This document shows, piece after piece, positions 40,555 to 51,085 of a DNA stretch of 64,000 nt. The stretch's first letter is position 1; each line of letters begins with the position of its first letter. Below the pieces are notes generated by a model. That model worked only from the letters and a program-made list of their open reading frames with translations, made no database searches and was not told the origin of the DNA. The DNA comes from an uncultured Gammaproteobacteria bacterium (lineage in GTDB: Bacteria; Pseudomonadota; Gammaproteobacteria; DRLM01). The stretch lies in contig CAVSNY010000004.1 in assembly GCA_963729605.1 (NCBI GenBank), positions 287,666-351,665 of the forward strand, written 5' to 3'. A program made the translations under genes and the position numbers.

Positions 40555-41874
40555 GTGTCTTTTACTGAATTAAATCTGGATTCCAATCTTCTCAAGGCGA
40601 TCGAATTAAGCGGTTTCACCACTCCCACCGAGATTCAGCGCGCGGCGATCCCCGTGGTGCTGGCCGGCCGCGATTTGATGGCCTCGGCGCAGACCGGCAC
40701 GGGTAAAACCGCCGCCTTCGTTTTGCCCGCCATGCAACGTTTGTTGACCCCCGCCAAGGCGCCCGGCGTCGGCCCGCGCGTGCTGGTGCTGACCCCGACC
40801 CGCGAGTTGGCCAATCAGGTCAACGAGAATATCCGTCAATTGGGCCGTTTCTGCCGCTTCACCGCCGGCAGCGTGGTGGGCGGTATGCCTTACCCGCCGC
40901 AGACCCGGCTGTTGCGCCAGCCCGTCGATTTTCTGGTGGCCACCCCCGGCCGCTTGATGGACCACATGGAACAGGGTCGCGTCGATTTCTCGCGGCTGGA
41001 AGTGTTGGTGCTGGACGAAGCCGACCGCATGTTGGACATGGGCTTCGTCGACGCGGTGAACATGATCGCCGCCTCGACCCCCAGCAGCCGGCAGACCCTG
41101 TTGTTCTCCGCCACCTTGGAAGGCAAGGTCATGAGCATCGCCAAGGCCTTGTTGAAAGACCCGGCGCGGGTGCAATTGTCGGCCAATCACGAACGCCACG
41201 CCTCGATAGAGCAACGTGCGTATCAGGCCGACGACGTGTCCCACAAACACCGTTTGCTGTCGCATTACCTGGCCAGCGGCGACCTGACCCAGGCGGTGAT
41301 CTTCACCGCCACCAAACGCAGCGCCGACCGCTTGGCGCAAGTGTTGTCCGAGCAGGGCCACGCCAGCGCCCCGCTGCACGGCGACATGGGTCAGCATGCC
41401 CGCCACCGCACGGTGGAGCAGATGCGCAACGGCAAGTACCGTCTGCTGGTGGCCACCGATGTGGCAGCTCGCGGTCTGGATATCAAAGGCATCAGCCACG
41501 TCATCAACTTCGATTTGCCGATGGTCGCGGAAGATTACATCCACCGCATCGGCCGCACCGGCCGCGGCGGCGCCACCGGCACCGCGGTTTCGCTGATCGG
41601 GCCGGACGACTGGTCCAAACTGGCCGGGATCGAACGCCTCACCGGCAGCAAGTTGAACCGGGAAGTCATCCCCGGTTTGGAACCGCGCGGTCCCGAGCCC
41701 CGTTCCGGCCAGCGCCGCCCCTCCGGCGGCTTCAAACCGCGCGGCGGTTACGGCGCGCGGCCGGGTTCCAATAATAATGGTCCGCGTTCCGACAATGGTC
41801 GCCGCGGCAACGAGGCGCCCCGTTCCGGCCGCGGCTACGCGCCCAAGCCGGCCAAGCGGACTTACGCCGATTAA
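40555..41874 (+). CDS. DEAD-box RNA helicase (RhlE-like)
   Basis: AQTGTGKT, PTRELA, DEAD, SAT, ARGLD, HRIGRTGR, basic tail. Confidence 0.95.
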   Translation: MSFTELNLDSNLLKAIELSGFTTPTEIQRAAIPVVLAGRDLMASAQTGTGKTAAFVLPAMQRLLTPAKAPGVGPRVLVLTPTRELANQVNENIRQLGRFCRFTAGSVVGGMPYPPQTRLLRQPVDFLVATPGRLMDHMEQGRVDFSRLEVLVLDEADRMLDMGFVDAVNMIAASTPSSRQTLLFSATLEGKVMSIAKALLKDPARVQLSANHERHASIEQRAYQADDVSHKHRLLSHYLASGDLTQAVIFTATKRSADRLAQVLSEQGHASAPLHGDMGQHARHRTVEQMRNGKYRLLVATDVAARGLDIKGISHVINFDLPMVAEDYIHRIGRTGRGGATGTAVSLIGPDDWSKLAGIERLTGSKLNREVIPGLEPRGPEPRSGQRRPSGGFKPRGGYGARPGSNNNGPRSDNGRRGNEAPRSGRGYAPKPAKRTYAD

Positions 41875-41913
41875 GCTCGTGTAGCTCGCGCGTCTCTCAG
41901 CCGGTAATGCCAT

Positions 41914-41953
41914 GGCCCGCCTCTCGTATCGAGAGGGCGGGCCTTTGGTTTTT
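41914..41953 (+). terminator. intrinsic terminator
   Basis: GGCCCGCC(T)CTC...GAGGGCGGGCC followed by a T-rich tail. Confidence 0.75.
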
Positions 41954-42220
41954 AAGGCCGGTCAAAACATTCGGATTCATCGTGGCGGTGCGATGGCGTT
42001 AAGGGGAATTCGCAGTTGTGTGGATCTCCACTGCTTGTACTAAAGAGGACGTTCCGCAGGGGCGGGTGATGGAGGCGAGGTGTACCCGGACACAATTACT
42101 GCAATTTTGAACCGCCACTCCGGCGCGTTGACGCGCCATCCCTCTCGGTTGAGGAGTGAAGTGATGAAACGCTCTGAACGTTCATCGCGGAAGAAAATGT
42201 TCTATGACAAATGCGACGCG

Positions 42221-42715
42221 TTATGTTGAAGGGCCGATGGCGGGGAATTGGCCGGTGCGGGCCACGCGTCTATCGAGTTCATCCAGCATTTGCTGGCAGG
42301 TTTCCTCGGCGCCCGCGGGTTCAATGGTGAGTTTGCCGTCTGCAGTCCAGCGGCAAACCGTCTCCGCCGTTTCGCCGCCCAGGTCGCTGCGAATCAGCAG
42401 CGCATGCTGTAAGGATTGATATTCGGCGTACAACACGCCGCCGACGTAATACATGTAGCTGCCGGATTCCTTGTTCCATTGGGTGACGTGACCGCGGCGC
42501 ATCGCCTCGCCGACGCCGCGCGCCCGATTGTAACGCTGAGCGAACCAGGCCGGCGCCGGTCCTTGATTGGAGGCCGGCATGCCGTGTGTAAAACCGGGTT
42601 GTATGGCCTCGGCCATCGGCCGGTCGGGCTGTGGGGCGAGGCGGGAGCAGCCCGCTACGCCGGCGGCTAAGGCGGCTGCGAGCAGGCTGGCGATGAAAAT
42701 CGGCGATCGGTTCAT
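42221..42715 (-). CDS. hypothetical lipoprotein
   Basis: Signal peptide with VAGC lipobox. Confidence 0.7.
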   Translation of the reverse strand: MNRSPIFIASLLAAALAAGVAGCSRLAPQPDRPMAEAIQPGFTHGMPASNQGPAPAWFAQRYNRARGVGEAMRRGHVTQWNKESGSYMYYVGGVLYAEYQSLQHALLIRSDLGGETAETVCRWTADGKLTIEPAGAEETCQQMLDELDRRVARTGQFPAIGPST

Positions 42716-42885
42716 GCGTGATTCCGGATAGGTGCCGGGCGATGCATCGCGTCATACTACAAGAGGCGGCCGTGGCCGCGCAACGCGTTTGGTCGCGGGC
42801 CGGGGAATTTTGTTTAAAAAATCATTGACGCCGTTTGCGCCGCGGAGTAATACCGGCTTGGGCGCCTGGCTTGAAAGGACGACTC

Positions 42886-43266
42886 ATGCTGGAAGGACTG
42901 GTGTGTTGGAAGTGCGGCGCGGCGGTGATGGATCAGCCGTTGCCGCTGAGCCGTTACGCCGAGTGCGCGCTCTGTCATGCCGACCTGCATGCCTGCCGGC
43001 TCTGCGAATTTTACGACCCGCGCGTGAGCCGGCAATGCCGCGAGCCGATCGCCGACGAGGTGCAGGACAAGAGCCGCGCCAATTTTTGCGGCTATTTTCA
43101 GGCGCGGCCCGCCGCCTATCACGGCGGGGATGACGCCGGCTCGCGCGCCCGCGCCGAGCTGGAGCGCCTGTTCGGCGGCGATCCCGCGGGCGGCGCGGCG
43201 GCCGATCCGACCCGCGCCGGTTTGGACGCCCTGTTTGGCGGAGACGGAAAAGATAAGGCATCATAG
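42886..43266 (+). CDS. Cys-rich (putative Zn-binding) hypothetical protein
   Basis: CWKC, CALC, CRLCEFYD, ANFCGYF; AGGA RBS. Confidence 0.75.
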   Translation: MLEGLVCWKCGAAVMDQPLPLSRYAECALCHADLHACRLCEFYDPRVSRQCREPIADEVQDKSRANFCGYFQARPAAYHGGDDAGSRARAELERLFGGDPAGGAAADPTRAGLDALFGGDGKDKAS

Positions 43267-43294
43267 TCCGGTCGGCGGCGGGAGAGTCCAGGCG

Positions 43295-43840
43295 GTGACT
43301 ATCGAAGAACATGAACTGAAGTTGCTGCTGAAGGCGCTGGCCTTCGCCGCGCGCAAACATAAAGACCAGCGGCGCAAGGATGTGCAGGCCTCGCCCTACA
43401 TCAATCACCCCATCTCCTTGGCGAACATTTTGTGCAATGAAGGCCACATCACCGATGTCGAAGTGATTTGCAGTGCATTGTTGCACGATACGGTGGAAGA
43501 CACCGACACCCTGCCCGAGGAATTGGAGCGCGAGTTCGGCAAGGCCATCCGCGACATCGTGATGGACGTGACCGATGACAAATCGCTGTCGCCGCAGGAA
43601 TGCAAGCAACGGCAGATTTCCCACGCGGCCACGGCCTCGCGCAAGGCCAAGCTGGTGAAGCTGGCGGACAAGATCAGCAACGTACGCGACATGATCGACG
43701 CGCCGCCGGTGACCTGGGACGTGGCGCGCCGGCAGGCCTACTTCGATTGGTCCAAGGCGGTGGTGGATCAACTGCGCGGCGTGCATCCACAATTGGAAGC
43801 GGCCTTCGATGCGGCCTACGCCAAGCGGATATCGAATTGA
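43295..43840 (+). CDS. HD-domain small alarmone hydrolase (Mesh1/SAH-like (p)ppGpp hydrolase)
   Basis: KHKDQRRK, PYINHP, LLHDTVEDT, KLADKISN. Confidence 0.9.
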   Translation: MTIEEHELKLLLKALAFAARKHKDQRRKDVQASPYINHPISLANILCNEGHITDVEVICSALLHDTVEDTDTLPEELEREFGKAIRDIVMDVTDDKSLSPQECKQRQISHAATASRKAKLVKLADKISNVRDMIDAPPVTWDVARRQAYFDWSKAVVDQLRGVHPQLEAAFDAAYAKRISN

Positions 43841-43869
43841 ACGCTACGCCTTAAACCAAGTGAGCGCGC

Positions 43870-44400
43870 ATGAGCATCGAGAGATATAAAAATAGCCTGC
43901 CCGATATTCACGCCTCGGCGTATGTGCACCCGCGGGCCAGCGTCATCGGCGACGTGACCATCGGCGCCGACAGTTCGATATGGCCGATGGCGGTGCTGCG
44001 CGGCGACGTCAATCAAATTCGCATCGGCGCGCGGGTCAGCGTACAGGACGGCACGGTGATCCACGTCACCCATCGCCATCCGGCGCGGCCCGCAGGACAC
44101 GGCGTGGTGATCGGCGACGACGTCACCATCGGCCACCGCGCGGTGCTGCACGGTTGCCGCATCGGCAGCCGCTGTCTGATCGGCATCGGCGCGATCCTCC
44201 TCGACGGCGCGGTGCTGCACGACCAGGTCTTGCTCGGCGCCGGCAGCCTGGTCACCGAAGGCAAAGAATTGGAGGGCGGTTATTTGTATCTCGGCAGCCC
44301 GGCGCGGCGGATACGCTCTTTGACCGAAGAGGAAATAAATTACTTCGCATATGCCGCCGCGCATTACGTGAAGCTCAAGAACGACTATAAATCTAAATAG
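43870..44400 (+). CDS. gamma carbonic anhydrase family protein (YrdA-like)
   Basis: LRGDVN, VQDG..IH, IGH.AVLHGC hexapeptide repeats. Confidence 0.92.
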   Translation: MSIERYKNSLPDIHASAYVHPRASVIGDVTIGADSSIWPMAVLRGDVNQIRIGARVSVQDGTVIHVTHRHPARPAGHGVVIGDDVTIGHRAVLHGCRIGSRCLIGIGAILLDGAVLHDQVLLGAGSLVTEGKELEGGYLYLGSPARRIRSLTEEEINYFAYAAAHYVKLKNDYKSK

Positions 44401-44526
44401 CGCGGTAGGCAAACGATAAACCAAGCGCAGAAAAGTAAGCGAAGGGTGATACATCGCGCGGCAAGCGCCGGCTTGCTGGACGGCTGGACGGATTCGGCGA
44501 TGGCGTAAACGGCTTGTATTCTCGCC

Positions 44527-44555
44527 CCGTCATCGTTTGGTAATGGGATCGCAAT
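44527..44555 (+). promoter_or_regulatory. candidate Pho box upstream of phoX
   Basis: Half-sites at an 11-bp period, CCGTCAT-N4-TGGTAAT-N4-TCGCAAT, versus the CTGTCAT consensus. Confidence 0.4.
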
Positions 44556-44620
44556 AATCTCCTGCTACTTTCCTCGACATGCCGTCCATCACCCTCACGC
44601 ATAGTCAAGGAGTCGTACCC

Positions 44621-46468
44621 ATGAATCACGACAACGGTCGCAGCAATGTATCGAACAATCGCCCCTTCGCCGATGTATTTGAAACCCTGATTTCACGACG
44701 CCAAGTTCTCGCCGGCGGTCTTGCCGCGGCAGCCACCGGTTTTTTCGCCGGCTCGTCTTCCACGCTCGCCGCGCCGCTGCCTTGGTTAGAAGGCAAACCC
44801 GGCGGAAAAAAGAGATCCCTGATCAATTTCACGCCGGTATCCATCGCGAACGGCGGCGGTCCATGGCCCAGCATCGCGCCGGAATATGAATTCGACGTGC
44901 TGATTCCGTGGGGCGAGCCTCTCGAACCCGGCGGCCCGATATTCAATTATCCGCCGACAGCGGAGGACCAGGCCCGGCAAATCGGCATCGGCCATGACGG
45001 CATGACCTTCTTCCCCATGCGTCACGGCAAGTTCGGCCGTGGCGGCGATGACTACGGCGTGCTGGCCATCAACCATGAATTCGGCACCAACAATCACGTG
45101 CTCGGTAAATCGGCGCCCGCCAGCCTGAACGATGTGCGTGTATCGCAACACGCCCATGGCGTCTCCGTGGTCGAGATTCAAAAAATCGGTGGCAAGTGGC
45201 GTCCGGTAGCCAGTTGTCGCGCCCGCCGCATCCACGTTAATACCCCGATGGCCTTCAGCGGTCCCGCCGCCGGCCATGCCCTGTTGCAGACGCCCAACGG
45301 CAACGTCCCCTTGGGCACGGTCAATAATTGCGCCAATGGTGAGACGCCTTGGGGTACTTATCTGACCTGCGAAGAAAATTTCAACGGCTATTTCGGCGCC
45401 ACCAACAATCAGAACACCTGGGTGCCCAGCGAAGCGCAGCAACGTTACGGATTCAGCGCCGACGGCTTCGGTTATGGTTGGTACCAATTCGACCGCCGTT
45501 TCGATTTGTCCGACGTCGATTACCTCAACGAGGAAAATCGTTTCGGCTGGATAGTGGAAATCGATCCGATGGACGCCAAGCAGACGCCGGTCAAGCGCAC
45601 CGCCCTCGGCCGTTTGAAACATGAAGGCATCGCGTTGACCGTTGGCCGCGGCGGGCGTGTTGTAGGATACATGGGCGATGACGAGAGCTTCGATTACATC
45701 TACAAATTCGTTTCCGATGATAACTGGCGCGCCATGCTCGCCCGCGATAAAAGCCCGCTGGATCACGGCAAACTCTATGTCGCCAAATTCAACGACGACG
45801 GCACCGGCGAATGGTTGGAACTGACTATCGACAATCCGGCGTTGGCGGCTAAATTCGCCGATCAGGCCGAAGTCTTGATCTTCGCGCGGGTGGCCGCCGA
45901 CATCGTCGGCGCAACGCCGATGGATCGCCCGGAATGGACCACGGTCGCCCCGAACGGCGACGTGTATTGCACCTTGACCAACAACAGCAGCCGTACGGCC
46001 CCGAACGCGGCCAATCCACTGGCGCCTAACGCCGACGGCCACATCATTAAATGGCGCGACAGCGATCAGCACGTCGGCACCACCTTCGAATGGGATATTT
46101 TCCTGATCGCCAAAGACACCCACGGCACGGAGGATACCTTCAGCGATCCCGACGGTTTGTGGGCCGATCCTGACGGCCGTTTGTTTATCCAGACCGACGG
46201 CGGTCAGAAAGACGGGCTGAATAATCAGATGCTGGTGGCCGATATCGCGACCGGCGACCTGCGCCGCTTGTTCACCGGCGTCCGCGGCGATGAGGTGACC
46301 GGTATCGCCGTTACGCCCGATCGCCGCACCCTGTTCGTCAACCTCCAGCATCCCGGCAACGGCAATCCGGCGTTGACGAATTTCCCCGCGCCTTTCGACG
46401 GCGTTACCATTCCGCGCGATGCGACCATCGTCATCACCCGCAAGGACGGCGGCATCATCGGTTCTTGA
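44621..46468 (+). CDS. phoX: PhoX family alkaline phosphatase (Tat-exported)
   Basis: SRRQVL Tat motif, HDGM, NHE, NCANG.TPWGTYLTCEEN, HE, MDRPE, QHP. Confidence 0.93.
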   Translation: MNHDNGRSNVSNNRPFADVFETLISRRQVLAGGLAAAATGFFAGSSSTLAAPLPWLEGKPGGKKRSLINFTPVSIANGGGPWPSIAPEYEFDVLIPWGEPLEPGGPIFNYPPTAEDQARQIGIGHDGMTFFPMRHGKFGRGGDDYGVLAINHEFGTNNHVLGKSAPASLNDVRVSQHAHGVSVVEIQKIGGKWRPVASCRARRIHVNTPMAFSGPAAGHALLQTPNGNVPLGTVNNCANGETPWGTYLTCEENFNGYFGATNNQNTWVPSEAQQRYGFSADGFGYGWYQFDRRFDLSDVDYLNEENRFGWIVEIDPMDAKQTPVKRTALGRLKHEGIALTVGRGGRVVGYMGDDESFDYIYKFVSDDNWRAMLARDKSPLDHGKLYVAKFNDDGTGEWLELTIDNPALAAKFADQAEVLIFARVAADIVGATPMDRPEWTTVAPNGDVYCTLTNNSSRTAPNAANPLAPNADGHIIKWRDSDQHVGTTFEWDIFLIAKDTHGTEDTFSDPDGLWADPDGRLFIQTDGGQKDGLNNQMLVADIATGDLRRLFTGVRGDEVTGIAVTPDRRTLFVNLQHPGNGNPALTNFPAPFDGVTIPRDATIVITRKDGGIIGS

Positions 46469-46483
46469 GCAAGGTCTTCGCTG

Positions 46484-46523
46484 AAAATAAAAATGCCCCG
46501 GCGCCAAGCGGGGCATTTTTATT
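46484..46523. terminator. bidirectional intrinsic terminator
   Basis: AATAAAAATGCCCCG-loop-CGGGGCATTTTTATT. Confidence 0.85.
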
Positions 46524-46785
46524 CCTGGAACAAGGCGAGTTCAACCAAAGATCGCGGTGCGTCCGACGGCTACCGACATGTTCATGCCGCATCGACAGCC
46601 GCGGCTGACCAGGAAATCGTAACCCGGATGCAGCGTAGCGAATCCGAGTAGCCGTCCATCTCAACTCAATATCATTTATTTTTTTATATCAACCGCCGTT
46701 GCCGTCATCACCGCCATGTCCCGGATTCCATTTTCATGCGTCTGCCGTGTTGGCCGAGATAGGGTGTTCCGGCTGAGCGAGCCGC

Positions 46786-47628
46786 TTATTGATTAATCTC
46801 ATTGTCCTGGTCCGCCGCCGCGTTTCCGCCGGTTTTTTCCAGGCTTTTTTGCAGTGTCTTGTTGATGACCCGCGACACCGCCACCAGGCCGAAGGCGGCG
46901 GTGACGAAACTCGCCGAGCCGTAACCGAAGCGGCAGTCCAGCGAGATGCCGTGGATGCCGGGTTTTTGCGGGCTGACCGTGCCGTCTGCCTTGGGATAGA
47001 CCGGGTGCTGGGCGGAGAAGACGCACTCCACGCCGAAGTAGCGTTTCGGATTGGCGGTGTAGCCGTATTTCTTGCGCAGCTGCCCGCGTACTTTGGATGC
47101 CAGCGGGTCGTTATAGGTGCGGCTGAGATCGGCCACTTTGATCTGGGTGGGATCGGTGAGGCCGCCGGCGCCGCCGGTGGTGATGATGGGAATTTTGTTG
47201 CGCTTGCAGTAATAAATCATCGCCGCCTTGAAGCGGATGCGGTCGATGGCGTCGATCACGTAATCGTAGCCGCGCGCTTTCGATAAATAATCGTCGAGGT
47301 TGCGCAGGGTCACGAAATCGTCGATGGTCGTGCAGACGCAATCGGGATTGATCTCCGCCACCCGTTCCGCCAGCACCGCGAATTTTTTGCGGTGGAGGGT
47401 GCTGCCGAGGGCGTTGAGCTGGCGATTGATGTTGCCTTCGCGCACCACGTCGTAATCGATAAGGGTGAGGCGGCCGACGCCGCTGCGCGCCAGCGACTCC
47501 ACCGCCCACGATCCCACGCCGCCCAGCCCCACCACGCAGACGTGCAGATTTTTGATGAGGGCGGCGGGCGCCGTGCCGTACAGGCGTTGGAAGCTGGAGA
47601 AGCGTTCGTTGTAGTCACAACTCGACAT
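46786..47628 (-). CDS. tcdA: tRNA threonylcarbamoyladenosine dehydratase
   Basis: GLGGVGSW, NINRQ, DAID, GGAGG..DPT, DPLA, CVFS, VTAAFG. Confidence 0.9.
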   Translation of the reverse strand: MSSCDYNERFSSFQRLYGTAPAALIKNLHVCVVGLGGVGSWAVESLARSGVGRLTLIDYDVVREGNINRQLNALGSTLHRKKFAVLAERVAEINPDCVCTTIDDFVTLRNLDDYLSKARGYDYVIDAIDRIRFKAAMIYYCKRNKIPIITTGGAGGLTDPTQIKVADLSRTYNDPLASKVRGQLRKKYGYTANPKRYFGVECVFSAQHPVYPKADGTVSPQKPGIHGISLDCRFGYGSASFVTAAFGLVAVSRVINKTLQKSLEKTGGNAAADQDNEINQ

Positions 47629-47723
47629 GAAATTTACCGCGCGATCTGGGCCCGAAAAACGCGCCTATGGTGAAGAGCGGCCGCCCGCAAGTCAAATCGC
47701 GGCGGCGTACCGAGGGCCGCCTG

Positions 47724-48497
47724 TTACGCCGCCGCCGGCAAATCGAGAACGGCGAGGGCGTTGCGGGTGGTCGCCGCGGCGAGATAGGCGGGATCCTCGC
47801 CGCGCAGCTCGGCCAAGGCGGCGAGGCATTCGGGCAGATAGGCGGGGCTGTTGCGTTCGCCGCGATGGCTGGCCACCACCAAATCGGGCGCGTCGGTTTC
47901 GAGGACGATGGCCTCCAGCGGCAGCTCGGCGGCGAGGCGGCGCAGCTTCAATGAGCGTTCATAGGTCAACATGCCGCCGAAGCCCAGTTTGAAACCGAGC
48001 TTGATGTAGTGCTGCGCCTGTTGCAGGCTGCCGTTGAAGGCGTGGCAGATGCCGCCTTTGACAGGAATGCGGCGCAGGGTGGCGAGCACCTCGTCGTGGG
48101 CCTTGCGCACGTGCAGCAGCACCGGCAGCCGCGCGTCGGCGGCGACGCGCAGTTGCGCCTCGAACAGGCTTTGCTGGCGCGCGCGGTCCAAGTCGGTGAC
48201 GAAATAATCGAGACCGATTTCGCCCACCGCCACCGGCCGCTGCCGCGCCACCCGTTCCGCCAGCGCCGTCACATGCGGCGGAAGGTGCCGTTCCAAATAC
48301 ACCGGATGCAGGCCCAAGGCGGGATGCAAACCGGCTTCGCCCGCGCACAACGCGATCAGCTTGTCCCAGCCCGCCGCGTCCACCGCCGGTACGACGATGC
48401 GGTTCACCCCGCGCGCGCGGCATAGTGCCAGCACCTCGGCGCGGTCCGCGTCGAAGTCGGCGACGTCGAGATGGCAGTGGGTGTCGATCAATTCCAT
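47724..48497 (-). CDS. TatD family hydrolase (YjjV-like)
   Basis: DTHCH, GLHP, GEIGLD, LETDAP. Confidence 0.92.
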   Translation of the reverse strand: MELIDTHCHLDVADFDADRAEVLALCRARGVNRIVVPAVDAAGWDKLIALCAGEAGLHPALGLHPVYLERHLPPHVTALAERVARQRPVAVGEIGLDYFVTDLDRARQQSLFEAQLRVAADARLPVLLHVRKAHDEVLATLRRIPVKGGICHAFNGSLQQAQHYIKLGFKLGFGGMLTYERSLKLRRLAAELPLEAIVLETDAPDLVVASHRGERNSPAYLPECLAALAELRGEDPAYLAAATTRNALAVLDLPAAA

Positions 48498-48552
48498 GTC
48501 ACGGGATGTTACTGATTAATGGGACGGGCGGCCATGGTGTGAGGGCGCCTCA

Positions 48553-49053
48553 TCATCCGGCCGGGTAGCTGATGTCCACCACATAATAAATCAGCGGGCC
48601 TTCGGGGGCGGGCACGCTCACTTCGTCGTCCACCGCCTTTTTCAGCAGGGCGCGCGCCAGCGGCGAGTCCACGCTGATGTCGCCGTTTTTGATGTCGAAC
48701 TCGTCGGGGCCGACGATGCGGTACACCCGCTGCCGGCCCTGCGGATCTTCGAGAGACACCCGGGCGCCGAAGAATATCCGCCCGCGATCCGGCGGGGCGT
48801 CCATCACCACCCGGAGGTCGGGCAGGCGTTTTTGCAGGTAGCGGATGCGGCGGTCCAGTTCGCGCAGCTCTTTTTTACGATAGATGTATTCGGCGTTCTC
48901 CGAGCGGTCGCCTTCCGCCGCCGCCGCGGACAAGGCCTGGGTGACCACGGTCCGCCGTTTCCAAAGGTCATCGAGTTCCTGTTGCAGGCGCCGGTAACCC
49001 TCCGCGGTGATGTAGGGCGAAGCTGGGGGCCGGGGCGGGCGGTAACGCGACAT
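48553..49053 (-). CDS. greB: transcription elongation factor GreB
   Basis: [34 protein letters not shown]. Confidence 0.94.
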   Translation of the reverse strand: MSRYRPPRPPASPYITAEGYRRLQQELDDLWKRRTVVTQALSAAAAEGDRSENAEYIYRKKELRELDRRIRYLQKRLPDLRVVMDAPPDRGRIFFGARVSLEDPQGRQRVYRIVGPDEFDIKNGDISVDSPLARALLKKAVDDEVSVPAPEGPLIYYVVDISYPAG

Positions 49054-49346
49054 GGACGAAAAACCTGTGCTGGGTTCGCGGCGGAATTGCAGTCTACCTT
49101 ATTACAGATCACGACTGGATGCCCGGGCGACAGGCGGTATTTTTGGGATGCAGTCAAAGGTATACATCGCCGTGAGCCTGATTCGGACCTAATTCCGACC
49201 TAGAGGCTAGGTTTTCGCCATGGATGAAAAAACGCAATTTTTCGCGGTCGGCGCGGTTTTCATGGGTGCCATCCCGCCGGGTGAAAGAGTACTATCCCTT
49301 CATCGGGGCCGCAGCGGACGGACAGTCTACGGGAAGAGGTTAAGTC

Positions 49347-49532
49347 ATGGGCGAAGTGCTTCAATTCAAAAAATCCACCCCCTCCGAGAAGTTCAAGAAC
49401 CGCGGTTTGTGCCGCAGCAATTTTCATAAATGGGAAGTGCTCAGCGAACGCCGCTTCGATGTGAAACAGGGCAAGCTGGTGACCGCTTACCGCTGCGCGC
49501 GTTGCGGCGTGGTCAAGACCGAGGCGAAATAA
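49347..49532 (+). CDS. small putative Zn-binding protein
   Basis: GAGG RBS; C-x4-H...CARC; FDVKQGKLVT. Confidence 0.7.
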   Translation: MGEVLQFKKSTPSEKFKNRGLCRSNFHKWEVLSERRFDVKQGKLVTAYRCARCGVVKTEAK

Positions 49533-49707
49533 TATCGAGCCTAGCGGAGTGCGACGTTTGTTCCACACGCCAACCAACCCTGCGTAGAGCGCTTAGCGTA
49601 GCGTCACCCACCAACTCGCGCCGTCAGGCGCACATTGAAAATTTTTGCGGGAGAGTCGCTGCGCGACGGTTTGACGGGGTACGCCCCGCGGACCAACCAT
49701 CCTTATT

Positions 49708-50895
49708 TCACCCCGCCCGCACCGCGAACGACAAGGCCTCGCCCAGGAAATCATCCAGACAAAACACCGTGTGCCAAGCGCAGTGTTCGGCGTCGTGTTG
49801 CGGCAGCAGGATGAGATCGCCCGGCCGCAATAAATAACAATGCCCATGTTCGACCAACTGGCGAATGAAGGCGGGGCAGCGGTTGAGCAGGGCTTCCAGC
49901 GCGTCGTGGTCGCCGGCGTCGAGGACCCGCGCCAGCGACTCGCGCTCGCCGATGATGTTCGATAATTCTTTTCTGAGTTTGGTTTGCGGGAGCAACTCGG
50001 CCAGGGCGGCCGCGCCCGCCGGGCCGGCGGCGAATTGCTGAATCTCATCCATTAATATCTGTTTGGGCAGGGTCAGCCAGCCGGTGCCGCCGTGGGCCTG
50101 GGCGAATACCACGCCGAGATGGCCGCGCTCCACGTCTTGATGGAATTGCGCGCCGCCGTTGGGCGCGTTGAAATAAATGATGCGTTCCACGTAATGCAAA
50201 GCCGCCACGCCCAAGGCCGCTTGCAACAAGACGGCGAGACGGGCATTGGCGCTGATCACCGCGGATTCGGGAAACAAGGCCTCGGTGAGGGCGGCGGCGT
50301 GGTGTTGCCGGAGCGGGTCGGCCGCCACGTCTTCGTAACCGACCAGGCCGAAGGAAAAACGAAAGCGCAGCGAGGCGTCGTCGTCTTCGAAGGACAGCCA
50401 CGAGGCCTTCACCCACAGGTTCTCCGCGATGACCTCGCCGTCTTGCACCGCGTCGAATTCCAGCGTCTCGATTTCTTGCGGGTCGCCCTCATCCTCGAAG
50501 GCGGCCAGCATCTCGAAACCGGGCGCCAGCCGTTCGGCGTAAGGGGACTGTTCGAAACATTCCGCTACCTCGGCCCCTTCCAATATCGCCTGCACCAAGG
50601 CGAGCGACTGTTGGATGTGCGCGCTCTGCGCTTGCACTTCCGCCGGCGCGAAGCCGGGCAGCGGCATCGGTTGCGCCGCTTGCCAGGCCTGGCGCAGTTC
50701 ACCCGCGTCGGGCATCGTCGGACGCCGCCGTTCCGCGACCCAGGCCAGCGCCGTACCGCGCCGCCGCAACAGCACCGCCTCGCCCCAGCCTTGTCGCGCC
50801 GCCAGGGCCTGCGCCTCGGCGGGCGGGGTGTCCGGCGCGGCGACATAGGCCACGGTGGAACGCGGGATGGAAGGCTGGCTGCTGCTAATACTCAT
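49708..50895 (-). CDS. hypothetical protein, possible cupin/2OG-Fe(II)-type fold
   Basis: FHQD...LRPGDLILLP...WHTV pattern (HxD...H). Confidence 0.7.
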   Translation of the reverse strand: MSISSSQPSIPRSTVAYVAAPDTPPAEAQALAARQGWGEAVLLRRRGTALAWVAERRRPTMPDAGELRQAWQAAQPMPLPGFAPAEVQAQSAHIQQSLALVQAILEGAEVAECFEQSPYAERLAPGFEMLAAFEDEGDPQEIETLEFDAVQDGEVIAENLWVKASWLSFEDDDASLRFRFSFGLVGYEDVAADPLRQHHAAALTEALFPESAVISANARLAVLLQAALGVAALHYVERIIYFNAPNGGAQFHQDVERGHLGVVFAQAHGGTGWLTLPKQILMDEIQQFAAGPAGAAALAELLPQTKLRKELSNIIGERESLARVLDAGDHDALEALLNRCPAFIRQLVEHGHCYLLRPGDLILLPQHDAEHCAWHTVFCLDDFLGEALSFAVRAG

Positions 50896-51085
50896 GGCGT
50901 GTTCTCGGCTGTCCGGATAAGGCTGAGCCGCGGCGGGGGCCGGCGGCGCGCTATGATACCCTGCGCGGACCCCGCGAGGTATGGCGCGGCGGGTTCGGAC
51001 GGGCGGCGCGGTCGGTCCGGCATTGCCCCTCCCCGGCGCGGCCGCGATAATACGCCGATATCAAATAATTCAAAGCGAGAGACTT